In this document: in pieces, positions 1 to 12,534 of the stretch
How positions within the stretch are numbered: position 1 is the first letter of the stretch
Layout: the number at the start of each line of letters is the position of its first letter
From: Epiperipatus broadwayi
Lineage: Eukaryota; Animalia; Onychophora
NCBI GenBank assembly: GCA_028023455.1
Contig: JAQFVV010000006.1
Location: forward strand, 17,484,001-17,548,000
DNA length: 64,000 nucleotides
Direction of reading: 5' to 3'
Position numbers and translations under genes: made by a program
Notes under the pieces: generated by a model
Seen by the model: the letters and a program-made list of their open reading frames with translations, nothing else
The model's database searches: none
Told to the model about the DNA's origin: nothing

Positions 1-3000
1 GAAAATGGAGCTTTATTTTGGAAAATTAGGAACAGTTGTTATAATGAAATAAATTTGATTTTTTTTTATTTTTATTATGAGCATTACTTATCAAAAAAAA
101 AATAATATTTGTAGAAAAAAAATAACCATAGATTGCAAAAAAATGAAATAAAATTGTCTATTGTTTAGACTATAGTGTTATGAGATGCAACTCACACAAA
201 TAGCCCATTATGCATTATATAATTTTTTGTCACAAAAAAGGGATGATTGTATACTTACAAGTGGTAGAAAGCTTTAGCCCTGGAGACTATAAAATTGCTG
301 CTGATTCAAGCCCTCTGAGTCACATACATATGGTGGCATCGGATTTATGATCCACATTTGCAGGGAAATAAAATCTCATTAATTTTATTTTCATGATATC
401 TAAAAAAGTAAGGGGAAATCATTTAAAAATCTAATTTTAGACAAAAATTCATTAAGAAATCCAAATTTTATTCTAGAGAAAATATACTTATGCCTTTAGA
501 ATGATGATTGAATAATTTAAAAAATAATGTAACCCACCCATGTACGGACCTTACGAATGCCATGCTAGCTTGATTTAAAGTCTATGATTGGTCAAAATTT
601 TTGAAAATGAGTTTTGTCATGCTCATGAGATTTAAATGAGTTAATTAAATTACTTCAATTATGTCATGTGTGAGGTAGTGCAATGCTATGGTGATGCACT
701 TGAGCTAATTTCCTGGGTTGGACCTCAAATTCCAGGTAAACATCACCTGATATCAATGAGCAATTAATCATTTGTTAATTTTAAACTTTAATTATTTAAT
801 TTTATTGTTAAATTCAGTTATTTAAGCATGCAGAAAGTAAATTAATATATTGATTATTTATTGTTATCTGAAATGAATTTGGTTGTGAAAAATTAAAAAA
901 AAATTAATAAAATAATTTTACATATCATCTTAATAGATGTATATATGTGTGTGTGTTAAAGAGAAAAAATTGTCAGCAGTTCTAAAAAATTGGCTTTTAA
1001 TAAAATATTTAAAGACGCAAAAATCCAATAATAGATATGTATAAAGAAAGAAAAGAATATTAGCATAATTTTAATAACTAATAATGATTTTATATAAAAA
1101 GAAATAATATACTTTCTAAAATAAATTTCTTTTAAAGATTATATTTAGTTCATTATTGTTGTATTTTGAACTATATTAAAATTTAATATTAGCATTTAAT
1201 ATCTATGGTATTATTTTTAATACATGATCACTTCCAAAAAAAATTTGAAATAATTGAATTTATGATTAAAAACATTTTATTTGTATATATCACAAAAGAA
1301 ATGACTATTTACTTTTTTATAATAATTCCTAGAAGAGTGTATTTATTTAAAAATAAAAGTTTAATTAAGCCAAAAAGTGTTTTATGTAAGGGGAAAAAAG
1401 TAATAGAAATATTTTTTGAATTTAAGGAATATGACAATTAAACGTCTTTTTTTTTAAAAACAAAATTTACTATTGCAATTTTGTTTTGAAATGTAAAAGC
1501 ACTTTCATAAAGTAAATCATTTTGTTTAGCAAAACGAAATTATTTTTATTATTATTAATTTACTCATAACTAATTATGAAAAATTGGCAGTATTTTTTAA
1601 GATTTCTTTTTTTTATATATATATTTCTGCATATATATATATTATGCATTCTTTATTGGAAAAAAATATTTTTTCTTTTTTATTGCAAGTTTGATATTAA
1701 AAAATTGTTTTAAAATTAAATCACCAAACAGTAATTGGAACTTTCTTTCCTCTGAATATCTTTTGATTAATTTTTTATATCACCTTTTTGACTTGGATTT
1801 TTAAATGTTAAATGCAGATTTTGCCTTCTGTTGGTCACTGATTATTTCCTAACCTCATATTTTTATAGCAGTCTCAGATCATGCATTACTTTTATATAAT
1901 AATCTGGATATATTTTATTCACTTTTGATAACTTTGAATTTTACATTTAAACTGTGACTATAGCAGTTACTTTTATATTTAGAGTGTATTGATGTCATAC
2001 TTCAAGTACAGAAAAATGCTTCAAGATAAGTCTTCTTTAACTATTTCAGTGGAACTTCTCACTGTCACACATTGAATAGAACCTAACTAATATTCTTTTA
2101 AACATTCCTCCATATTGTAATATTTTATTTTTACAATTAAGCCTTTTTTCTATATCTTATATATAAAAAATCTATTTTATATTTAATATGTTTAAATTTT
2201 CAAGTGTGTAATTAAAAAAATTCACATTTGACATTTAAAAAATATGAAAATACATATCTAAACGTTCTTACCTATAGTAATGAAACATGCTGCCATTGAC
2301 ATAATTTGCCTATTCAGAAAGTTAGAACAATTAGATATTAGAATTTTATGTTATTAAAAGAATGTAATTCAATATTGAATTACATTTTTCTGAGAAAAGT
2401 CTAAAAATATTGGAATTATAATTTAAAGAGTGATATATTTAGGATTAGTTATCATCAAAGAAAGGAAAAAAATTCTAAAATACTAATAAATTATTTACTG
2501 TTATTAAAATTTTAAAGAATATTTTATTTACTGTTTTCGCAGAAGTGATTTTATCCAATAGAAGCTACTTCTGGTTGCAGTAATAAACTTTTTAAAAACT
2601 GTCTTTTTAAAAATAAAATGTTTTCAAGACAATCTCCTATTTGTGTGGGTTAACAATAAGTCATTTACAAAAGGGATTGCATTCCAATCATTAATTTGTA
2701 AACCAATTACTGAAAATTCACATTTTTCAAATTTATTTAGCCCCAGGCTATAACAAATCTAAAGCACTCAGCCAATCACAAAGTCTTATTTCTAAGCCAC
2801 CTTTTTCAAAGCTTTGTCATAATCTCACAAAAAAGTTCATATAATGCCAACATCATCAGAGGAAAGAACAACTGCAAAACATCACACACCATAATGTTAT
2901 TGTTATGCTTTAAAACAATGTAGAAAAGGAGCAATCATAGACCCATCTTAATGCCTAAAATGTCAAGTTCTGAGCATTGACACCATAATATCATCAATGT

Positions 3001-5634
3001 GTTAGATTTCTTGTATTGTAATGTTAAAACTTTTAAATCATTTTTTTTTAGCTTGCACATTATAAAAGAATTTTATTTATAATTTTTTTGATCTGAGATG
3101 CTTTCGTTTGTGAACCTTCACTCATTGTAGTCATGTTGTTTAGTATAGTGATAGTTGACAGTCTCTGGTTTGTCATAGTCCACGCATCATAACTCAGTCT
3201 GTCACTTCTACTGCTCGAATTCTTATAAACTTCTGAGCAATAAATTATTCAATTACTTATTTGTGAAAAACTATGTGCATTACAGATAGTTTGTGTATGT
3301 ATGTATTTATGTATTTGATATGTTGCATTAAACGTTTATTTTATATTTGATGAATACATTATACATATTATTTCGTAAATACCTCATTTTAATAGTTGTT
3401 TGCAATATACTATATATTAAATAAATTTGTTAATCATTTTCATCAGTTTAGTTTTAGCTCTAATCTTTATTTTTACAATTGAAATATATAATGTTAGATC
3501 TATGAGAAACCCCAAGAAAATAAATTCATTGTTAAAACTAACTTGCAAATGGATAGGTATTATAAATAAAGTGGGTGAATCATAAAATAAAAAATGAAAT
3601 AGATGTCAAAATTGTTTTAATAAAACATCTGAATTGAATTGGATATTATATCAGGATCTAGAGTGATATATTTTTTTTATAAATATTTATGTTGCTGTTG
3701 TGGTATATGCTCTACTATAGTCACATGACATTCTATCACAGTTTCCAATTGAAAGAAGTAGGAAGTTAAATTCTAATATACTGTGAAAGTATTTGTGCCC
3801 AAATATAATTACAAAGGAACAATTTATCTATAAATTGTATTTCTTATGTTAGTCAAATTATCAAATTGTGAATTACATTTAATTACACAGATTATTCATT
3901 CTATTAGTTCTCATAACATTTTCTTATCTAATTCACTTATTTTATTAGGAAATTATTTTGTATACTGTGGGTAAATTTATTACTTTTTTTATAATTATTT
4001 AAATATAAATAAGCACTTTCTCTGTATATCTAATTAAATTTCTTGTTGATTATTTCTTCATTTAGAAAACATGGTAGAATGCATACTAATCTAGCACCCA
4101 ATTATTTTTGTAAATAATAATTTGTTGTTTTTATGGTTGAAAGCTGATTTAATGGATGTTAATGAGTTTATATGCAAACTAATTATCATGATAGCAAATC
4201 TTAGAATTGACATGTGACGAAAGGGATAGAATGTAACTACAAAGTTGTTGAATAATAATAGTGAAGGATTGGAATGTTGTGATAAGTTTGGGAGGAAACA
4301 GTGCAATGAGATTATAGTTTAAGGCTAATAATGAGAATAATGAATGATTGATGAAGTTTTTATAGGATTAATAGCAAGAAGTAACAGTACATAGTTAAAA
4401 AAAGGTAAAAAAACAGGCATTTGGAAAAATAACACAACATTTAAGAATGTATTTGCACATTTTAATAGATCCGAAAATGTATTTAGAAATGAAATTTGTA
4501 GACATGAAATGAATTTTAGCAATAAAAAAAAGGTTTCTTTAAATTCGTATGGCCATATAGCTTTAAATATTGAGATGGTAGAGTAAATTCTATTAAGTGA
4601 TTGATTACAAATCAAGATTATTGTTTGACCATGGCACTGTATCGTCTACTTAAACCTACCAGTCTTCAGGCAGAGTACTGAATATACATTTTTGATATAA
4701 TTACAAGCAGAACTTATGGAAGTTTTTAAAATTTGCTCAATAAGAAAGTAAATGCAAATAATTGCAGGATATATGTTTATGTAAATTATAGTGTAATAAA
4801 AAATTGAAACTATCTGATGAATTCAAAGAATACTAAATACATACTGTTTTAATAAAGAATAAGTAAAAGTCTTTGGTTACCAAAGAAAATAAGATGGAAA
4901 AATGTTAATTGCGAAATATCATTGAATTGAGCTATGTAGATAAGTATGTGTCGTTAAGATAGAAGTATTACAAAATAATAATAATAAATTTTATTTATTC
5001 TAGAATAATTCATTTTAGATTTAAAAAAAAAAAGAAGTAGAATAAAAAAAAAAATGAAACAGTTGAAATAAGAAAATAGCGTATTATTAAACTGGAAAAG
5101 CATATAAGATATTTATATTATAAAAGTAATAAGACCTAACTAATTTGTGTTTCAATGAAATCCTAGCCATTGTTTTTTTAGGGTATCTAGAACAAAACAG
5201 TATATATGTGAATAAGCAAAAGTACCAGGAAAACTTTAAAAATTATATGGGAATAGTTTAATGATTATTAATCAATGCAATACATATAAAGTACAATTAA
5301 ATATTATTATTTTATAATTATAAACATTCCACACCTCTTTCTTGTAAATATATATGTGTGTGTGCATGTATAAAATTTTAAAATTGCAATATTTAAACCT
5401 TTTATGTGTATTGTATTCACATTCATTACTGCCTTCATTTTAATTTTACATATAACCAAATTTACATAAGATCTGTGCACTCATAGTTCAAGATTATAGA
5501 TATTTTCAAAAAATTTGATCAACATTTGTTGTATGAAAACTTGAAGCTTCAACTCAAAGCATAATCTTATAATACCTCAAATACTCTTACATTTATAGTT
5601 ATTGTGCATCTTTGTACATAAAATATGTAATTTA

Positions 5635-5750
5635 GTCTTGCGTTGTTAGCCGAGAGGTATCGCAGCTGCCATGCAAGCAAGTGGTTGCAGACGGTTGTGG
5701 GTTCGCGTCACGGCCGATGCTATGACACATGGAAAAAAAAAAAAAAAAAA
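5635..5750 (+). mobile_element. tRNA-Gly(TCC)-derived short SINE with poly-A tail and TSD
   Basis: GCGTTG...AGCTGCC-ATGCAAGCA...GGGTTCG...CGGCCGATGC aligns to the metazoan tRNA-Gly(TCC) pattern, with an insertion in the variable arm. It has an A18 tail. ATGTAATTTA is duplicated at 5625-5634 and 5750-5759. Confidence 0.8.
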
Positions 5751-6188
5751 TGTAATTTATGTTTTCTTTTATCAGTGCTTTATATGTCAGTGAAGTTTGG
5801 TACAATTTTAGTTTGACCTTTGTCTTTATTTAATGAAATCAGTACTGTATTGTAACAGGAATAATTGGAATAAAATATAGATTAGGGTAAAGAATAAACT
5901 ATAATGCATATGAATATGTTCACAACTACTTGTAATAAATTAAAGATCTAATCATCCACAATGTTAACAAATACATTATTTACTTAGTCCAATGGAAAAG
6001 ACAGAAAAAGTAGCCCTGTACATTATTTTAAATTTTTTAAAAAACTATTTTTGCATTAAAATATTGGGAAAAATGACATACAACAAATTATCTTGTATTA
6101 AAATATTGGATCGGGACTATGGTTTATTAATTAACAATCTATGTAATAATGATGGAGCCAAGAAATGTATCATTATTAATATGGGACT

Positions 6189-6765
6189 AATTGATCAGAT
6201 TATTAATACAGATGGAAACATAATAGATGAAAGTAATCATAGAATTAAACTTGGTTGGAGTGCTTTTGGTAGAAATAATTTGATACTAAAAGGAAATATG
6301 CCTATGTGTTTGAAAAGGAAGGTTTTCAATAAATGTGTTTTATCAGTTCTTACTTATGGATCTGAGACTTGGATACTTAATAGAAGAGCAATATAGAGAT
6401 TTCAGACCACTCAAAGAAGTATGGAGAGATGCATGTTGGGAGTAACAAGAAGAGATTGAAAACACAATATATGGATAAGAGAACAAACAGGTGTTACTGA
6501 CCTCATTGAAAAAATTAAAAAACTGAAATGAAGTTGGGCTGGACATATTGTCAGTGGAGATGATAATAGATGGACAATTGAAATCTTAAACTGGATTCCA
6601 AGAGATTGTAAAAGACCTAGAAAAAGATCAAATGTGAGATGGATGGATGAAATAAGTAAATATGCAGGGGTGATGTGGATAAGAGAAGCTAAAGTTCAGA
6701 GAAAATGGATTGAACATGGAGAGATATTCATCCTGCAGTGGATTGATAATGGTTGATGATGATGA
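6189..6765 (+). mobile_element. RTE-clade LINE 3' fragment (RT C-terminus plus TGA-repeat tail), decayed
   Basis: Translation gives RIKLGWSAFG...KRKVFNKCVLSVLTYGSETW, then WAGHI...RW with stops. It ends in ctgcagtggattgataatggttgatgatgatga, an RTE-type tail. Confidence 0.9.
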
Positions 6766-6829
6766 ATTGCAAGACTAGAAAGACCAGACAAAATATGAGA
6801 AAAATAAGGACAAAATGAATGAGGCAATG

Positions 6830-6975
6830 ACTGAGGATGGTATAAGGTATTTATATCTGATATCGAAATTGGAAAGTGTGAAAGAATTGATGAAATCATA
6901 TTTGAATTGTTGAAAGCTATGGAAAAGGAGGTGTTTGATAGAATTATATGATATTTGTAATAAAATTTATGATGC
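6830..6975 (+). mobile_element. second RTE-like LINE RT N-terminal fragment
   Basis: GKCERIDEIIFELLKAMEKE...ELYDICNKIY resembles the GKAPGxDxIxxELLK...LCNKIY region of RTE reverse transcriptases. Confidence 0.55.
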
Positions 6976-7519
6976 ATGAGAGATCAATTGATTTTATTTT
7001 ATTTTTAACATTTATAACTTTTTTAAAGAATTTAAAAACAGATATAGTAAAATGTAGGAATTTTAGAATAAATACAACTCATATATTGTTAAAATATTAT
7101 TGTAAGGATTGATGTAGACATTTTTTGGAATGATATGAAAATTATCAAGAGACATATTGCTTATATAAATAAAATATTCCAAGATATCTTGTTTTATTCC
7201 TGCGAAAATACTTTTTATCAAATGAAAATAAGCACTACAATATATCACAAAAAAATATTTAAGCAACAGGAGACCAACAAGAACTGTGGCCTATATTGCC
7301 TTATTTATCATATCTTTTTTTGCAATTTATATAAACTGGAAGTATTTACTTGAGTCCAGATTTTATGTAAGTTAGATTTTCATTAATGAGAGGAAGTTTA
7401 AAACTGCTTTAATTGATGATATTGCAAAGATTTTTCTTTGAATGAAGTAGAATATTTTCTTGAATATTTAGAAGCAGAGAAGGATAGATTGTGAAAGTTA
7501 GATGTTTATTAAGAAAATT

Positions 7520-7945
7520 TTATCTTTAACAAACTCTCCATGCAGAAGTGTTACCTAGTCCAAGCCTTAGTAATCAGTGGTTATTAAAAGGTTTGTGCAT
7601 AGAATCCCTATCTAGTGCCTACTCATCCAATATCCCCAGACTAATTTCTAGCTTGTTGTTTTCATCAGTGAGAAGCCTTTGTTCTGAGAGCACTGCATTT
7701 AGATCTAAAACAGCCCTCCAGCAGCTACCTTTTACCTATTTATAACTAAATCTATGAGACCAAAATGAAGATGCAATAATGTTTTCAATCCAGGTTCATT
7801 CATTTTTATAGTCATATAGATCTGAACTCAGTCCAGTATCTGTACATTTTGCTGTTTTTGGCATTACTGTATGGAGAGTTTGCTATTATTTTGATAGCTT
7901 GTGTAAATGTAGGAAATGGTGATCATGTGATATTTAAATTGTTTT
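7520..7945 (-). repeat. family C dispersed repeat (HHR-like core), partly inverted
   Basis: 7545-7835 is the reverse complement of about 62040-62330. The family 3' segment (ctgtatggagagttt...aatggtgatcatgtgat) recurs on + at 7865-7945. Confidence 0.8.
7633..7674 (-). ncRNA. hammerhead-like motif in family C (stem II defective)
   Basis: Minus strand reads TTCTCA-CTGATGA-AAACAACAAGCTA-GAAA-TTA-GTC-TGGGGA. It has a 6-bp stem I and intact core boxes. Confidence 0.45.
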
Positions 7946-8744
7946 GAAATTTAATCTGAATAAAAAAATAATGGCAATTTAAAAAAAAACAACCTTTTAT
8001 CAGAAAAGATAGATGTATGACGAAGTGATATCTATCTATCTTCTGGTTTGATTCACTGCATAAGTTTTGTAATAGTTGGAGATACTAAAAAAAATGGTTG
8101 ACAAAATGTCAAGTAGCATTAAGGAAATTTATAAAACATTTTATAAAAACAAATCTTAAATAATTGATAATAACATAGAAATAATGATGGTTTGAATGTT
8201 CAGACAGTTCTTTTCTGAAGATGGAAATAATGATTATGGTATTAGATTGAGAAGTGAAGCAATAGTTTATGGATAATTAGAAAAGGAGAGGAATAATATT
8301 TGGAGGGTAGAAAAACTCTACCCAAGATTTTAAAATATTAAAAGAGTGTGAATGAAATGATATTACTGTGAATTGCCATATCTATTCTCTCAAAATCAGC
8401 TGATTCATGAACATGCAATATTAAGTCCAAAATGAGAAATTCTAAAGTCCATGGCTACCTGCTTGTACATTATAGCAATAGTCATGTTTTTGGCTCACAT
8501 TGTGACTGAATGCAGTTGCTATTGTAACTTAAAAATTATAATTGTATTTAAAATGATCCAAGAAACAAGTTAAGGATGATGCCATGCTTTATGATAACAT
8601 GAAAATAAATATTTTTAAAAAGTCATGTTGAAATTAATCAGATATCCATTTACAATTAATTTTCAATTTCTGAGTTAGTAAAAATAGAGAAAGAAATTCT
8701 GCTAAGATTACTTGAACTCCTGAAATTGCTAAAGATACACCCAT

Positions 8745-8958
8745 AGTACATGGATAAGTATTTAGAGAAGATTAAAAAGAAACATTACATTTCATGAGTT
8801 GAGAGTATGAACAAAAAATAATATTCTATTAAATGGAAGTATATTGCATAAGAAAGAATTGAGTCTGTGTAAAAAGTCCAGCAAAAGATCCATTGAAAAG
8901 ACTGACAGCGTGACATTTTCTACAAGTAAGGGATGCTTGTATAGAGTTAGAAAATTTA
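8745..8958 (+). mobile_element. pogo/Tigger transposase CENP-B HTH remnant
   Basis: ILLNGSILHKKELSL...FSTSKGCLYRV matches the Tigger motif PIxGxILxEKA...FxASxGWLxRF. It is cut at its 3' end by a SINE. Confidence 0.6.
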
Positions 8959-9042
8959 GTCAAGCATTGGTGGTCAAGAGGTCAGTGTCAGCTGCTTTAC
9001 AAGCAGTTGTCCTGGGTTCACTTCCTGGCTGATGAAAAAAAA
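8959..9042 (+). mobile_element. tRNA-Gly(TCC)-derived SINE copy, older
   Basis: GTCAA-GCATTGGTGGTC...AGCTGCTTTACAAGCAGTTGTCCTGGGTTCACTTCCTGGCTGATG followed by A8. Confidence 0.75.
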
Positions 9043-10599
9043 GTTTAAAAATGAAGCACTTTACAATTCTTTTAAGCTTGGAAGAATCTTTTTGTCATTA
9101 ACTTTGGAGTCATTTTTAAAAGAATGTTATTTTTTTATTTATATGGCAAATGCTTTTGATAACAATGGAAAAATGACTGATTGCCATGGCAGTTATATAT
9201 GAATTTTACTATTTTATCATCATTGCATTTCTTCATAATCATCAACTATTATCACAAGACAAATGAAGAAGGCTAGTTTTACTTATTTTTTTAAGAGATG
9301 GGGAGAAAATGATCAAGTGAACATATCCACGTACTTTATATATATATATGTGCATTTTGATGAGAGAAGCATAGCAACAAGTTTATAATGTTGATCCTCA
9401 TTTCATAAATCTCTTTAAGTGGCATAATTTCCAATATGTAGACTGTATGAATTGAATATGTAACCAGCCTCTTACATTGACTGTAATAATATACCTTTCG
9501 CATATTTTTACTCCATTATCACATCATCCACAATTGCTTTATTCAATTTTATTGTTAAATATTTTTGCTGATGTTTTAATTTACACAATTTTTTAATTAA
9601 ATTATGTCATGGCTATATATATAATAAAAAATGTATGTAGTCTATGTGTAAATAAATTAGATTATCATAGCCCTCATGCTTAAACAAACCAATAGAATGT
9701 CAGTAAAACTGTTGTTAAAGTATAAGCAATGAATATGATTTATTACTTTTTCTGAAGTATTTAAATAAACTGTAAATGAAGCAATGTCTGGGCTGTTGTA
9801 ATAGAATTGACACATAATATCCACTTAATTTTGAGCTTTTATGGTTTATTATATTTGAAGTATTGTGTATTAGTTTGCTTGAAAATATATAAAAATAATT
9901 GTTTATTAATCTGTTTTTAAACAATTTATCCTAGCCAATTGTAATGATATTTATTTGAACTTCAAAAGACAGATTTAATTTCATTATAGAGTGGAGTCAA
10001 GAATTATGCTATATTTTATTCTAAGCCTTCCGCATGTTGAGTGTATATAGTGTATAATAGCTTATGCTTTGTTGACAGTGATCAGAATAGAATATGTAGT
10101 ATTTATTGAGCTGCAAAGGTGCAAAACTTTTTAATACACACACACACACATATATATATAACATAGATGCTTTTTTGAATATATAGTAGTAATATAAATT
10201 AAGATTATAGTATGGATAAAATTTTAAAAATAATAGTAATAATATAATCATTAATAATAAATTGACAGGACATATATATATAGTGTATGTTCCCTCATGC
10301 ATTCACTGAAGCAGTTATAATGAAAAATTACCATATTTTTAAAATAAATTATGAAGGATCTGAATTGTAACTATTAAAGGCTTTTTTTTTTCAGTAATTT
10401 TTTTGTCTTATAAGAAGAAATTAAGATCTTTCTCCTTATTTTGTCATTTTAAATACTGTATCAACTTTGGTAGGTTTAAAAATTTTATAAAATGTTTAAC
10501 ATTAAATTCAGAAAAGAATACTAACCTCAAATTTGGAAACAGTAATAATGGAAGAATAAAATGTTCTTGCAACATAAACTGGAAAAAAATATTAATATA

Positions 10600-10890
10600 C
10601 ATAATCCAAATTTGCATATGTTTGTTCATCTGTGCAATGAAGTGGTTTCTTTCTTCTTTATAACCTAAAGTTTAACTCAACTTTAGATTATAATTATAGT
10701 GAACTTCACCAAAAGTGCATTCGGTTTCAGGTTATGAAGAAAAAATAAACAACTTTATTATGCAGATGAACAAATGTATGATTACGGTGAACTTCACCAA
10801 AAGTGCACTCAACTTTACATTATAAAGAAGAAAGAAACCACTTTGTTATGCAAATAAACAAACTAATACAAATTTTAATTACAAATACAA
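10600..10890. repeat. family D palindromic/tandem MITE-like repeat
   Basis: 10610-10670 is inverted relative to 10815-10870. gtgaacttcaccaaaagtgca occurs twice. A related copy lies at 33585-33685. Confidence 0.65.
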
Positions 10891-11549
10891 ATGAAGGAAA
10901 AGATCAGTAATATATATAATCACATAAGGCATTCAGAGAAGGAAAAATGAATGCTGAATTTTGTGAAATGTAATGTGTTTTTTTTTGTTTGTTTATTTAC
11001 ATTTTTCTTTGGATAGCATATAATTGAAATCATACAGTAGATATAATGTAGTTCACAGCTCCACCATATTTAATTTATTGCTTTCATGTATAATTATTTA
11101 GAAATGTTAGACAAAGCTTGTGAATTTCATTTATTGTTTAATTGCAGTGTTGCCTTGGCAACAGAGATTAATGATGTTCTATTGCTTTACTTAAACATGC
11201 GAACTGCAATTGTATAATTTACACACAACAACTAATTCATCATTGTCACTTATACTATTATATATATGCACACACAATGGAGTTTATTGCAACTGTTATC
11301 TGACTATTCACTATTTACTTATATTGCCTCACACAGTTTGGGGTAATTTATAGAGCAGTCAACTTTGAATTAAGCTGTTCCACAATTGAGTCTGGAACTT
11401 ACAGGTTTGGCACTCGAACTTGTTAGGAACTCTTGAGCAGTAGAACCAAATGCACTTTATTTTCTTATATACTGCAAATAATAATAATAAGCAAAAATTA
11501 AAAACATTGTAAGTAAGTTAGGAAAATCTAAGTTGTGAAAATAATATTC

Positions 11550-12054
11550 TTTCTTAGTTGGCTTTCCAATTCTGGGCAGGTAGACTGAAGGTGGTCCGTG
11601 CACATTTGGACTGTTAATTGGGAGACAGAGGTATCTAGAATGATCTTGACATGGCTTGGCTCTGGGTCAAGAATTTATTGTTTAATGGACTTGAGCCTTG
11701 GACCTCGCTGCCTGTTGTGGTGGTTGGCGCAATGCTGGACTTATCCACCTATTCAGCTGAAGCATTTGGGTCTTCGCTTCGGAGCCCCAGGGGTGGGATC
11801 ATTGGGTGATGGATAGCTTCTCAGCGGCTGGGCCATGTAGATCCATGTATAGATAGATACTCATGTTCAGATACACATTAATCAACATTATAGCAACCCT
11901 TTTATGGATATAATTGTTATCAAGCATATGTATTTTACATAATCTATAATTGTTTTACCTTGTTTGTTACATTAAACACTTTGTAATTCTCCATGGGTAA
12001 GTGTACCCAAAAAAATTTTGTAATCTTTTTCCTAATAAAGGTTACTTTTGAAAG
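11550..12054 (-). mobile_element. LTR-retrotransposon 5' end (LTR + PBS + leader), family A
   Basis: Inverted copy of 48760-49272. On minus, the LTR ends ...CTACA (11836) and is followed by TGGCCCAGCCG, a PBS-like sequence. Confidence 0.6.
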
Positions 12055-12202
12055 TAAATATTCTTTTTAATTATATATATATATATATATATTCATTTCA
12101 AATGGATTCAAAACATAAAGAAGTGTGTTTGTAACAGTTTTACCAAACCTAAAAGATTCTTGAAGGAATTGAAGGAATGAAAAAAGAAAAATGCAGTAAA
12201 TA

Positions 12203-12515
12203 TTTTCCTGAAGGTTTATGATGATGGTGTTCTAGTTGTATTTTTATATTGGACTATTTTCATCATCTAATATCAGTATTGAATGTCTTTAGAAAAATTT
12301 AACTTTTATTCAAATATTCCAAATACATTCAACTGTTAGTATTAGCACATCAAACAGGTTAGTATGTGCACAATGTTTCGAGCAGAATTATTCTCCCCTC
12401 TTCTTCAAGTATTGCTGGTCTGACCAGTGACAGTACTAGCATGGTATTTGAACCTGGACTCTTAGATTCTTGAGTATTGAATTTTAAGATAACACTAACC
12501 AACTGAACCATCTTT
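12203..12515 (-). mobile_element. family B tRNA-headed, HHR-bearing SINE (left arm of palindrome)
   Basis: Minus strand has A box TGGTTCAGTTGGTTAG and B box GGTTCAAATACC, then TTGAAGA-A-GAG...CTC-GAAACATTGTGC and the shared AT-rich tail. Confidence 0.8.
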
Positions 12516-12534
12516 CCAAAAGGGCAGAATGCCT

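Noticed and set aside
671-692. TGAGGTAGT, matching the 5' end of let-7
   Set aside because: Only 9 nt match, the rest diverges, and there is no let-7-like precursor stem.
4080-4620. Possible very old L2/CR1-like LINE remnant
   Set aside because: The motif traces are too weak to assign by eye.
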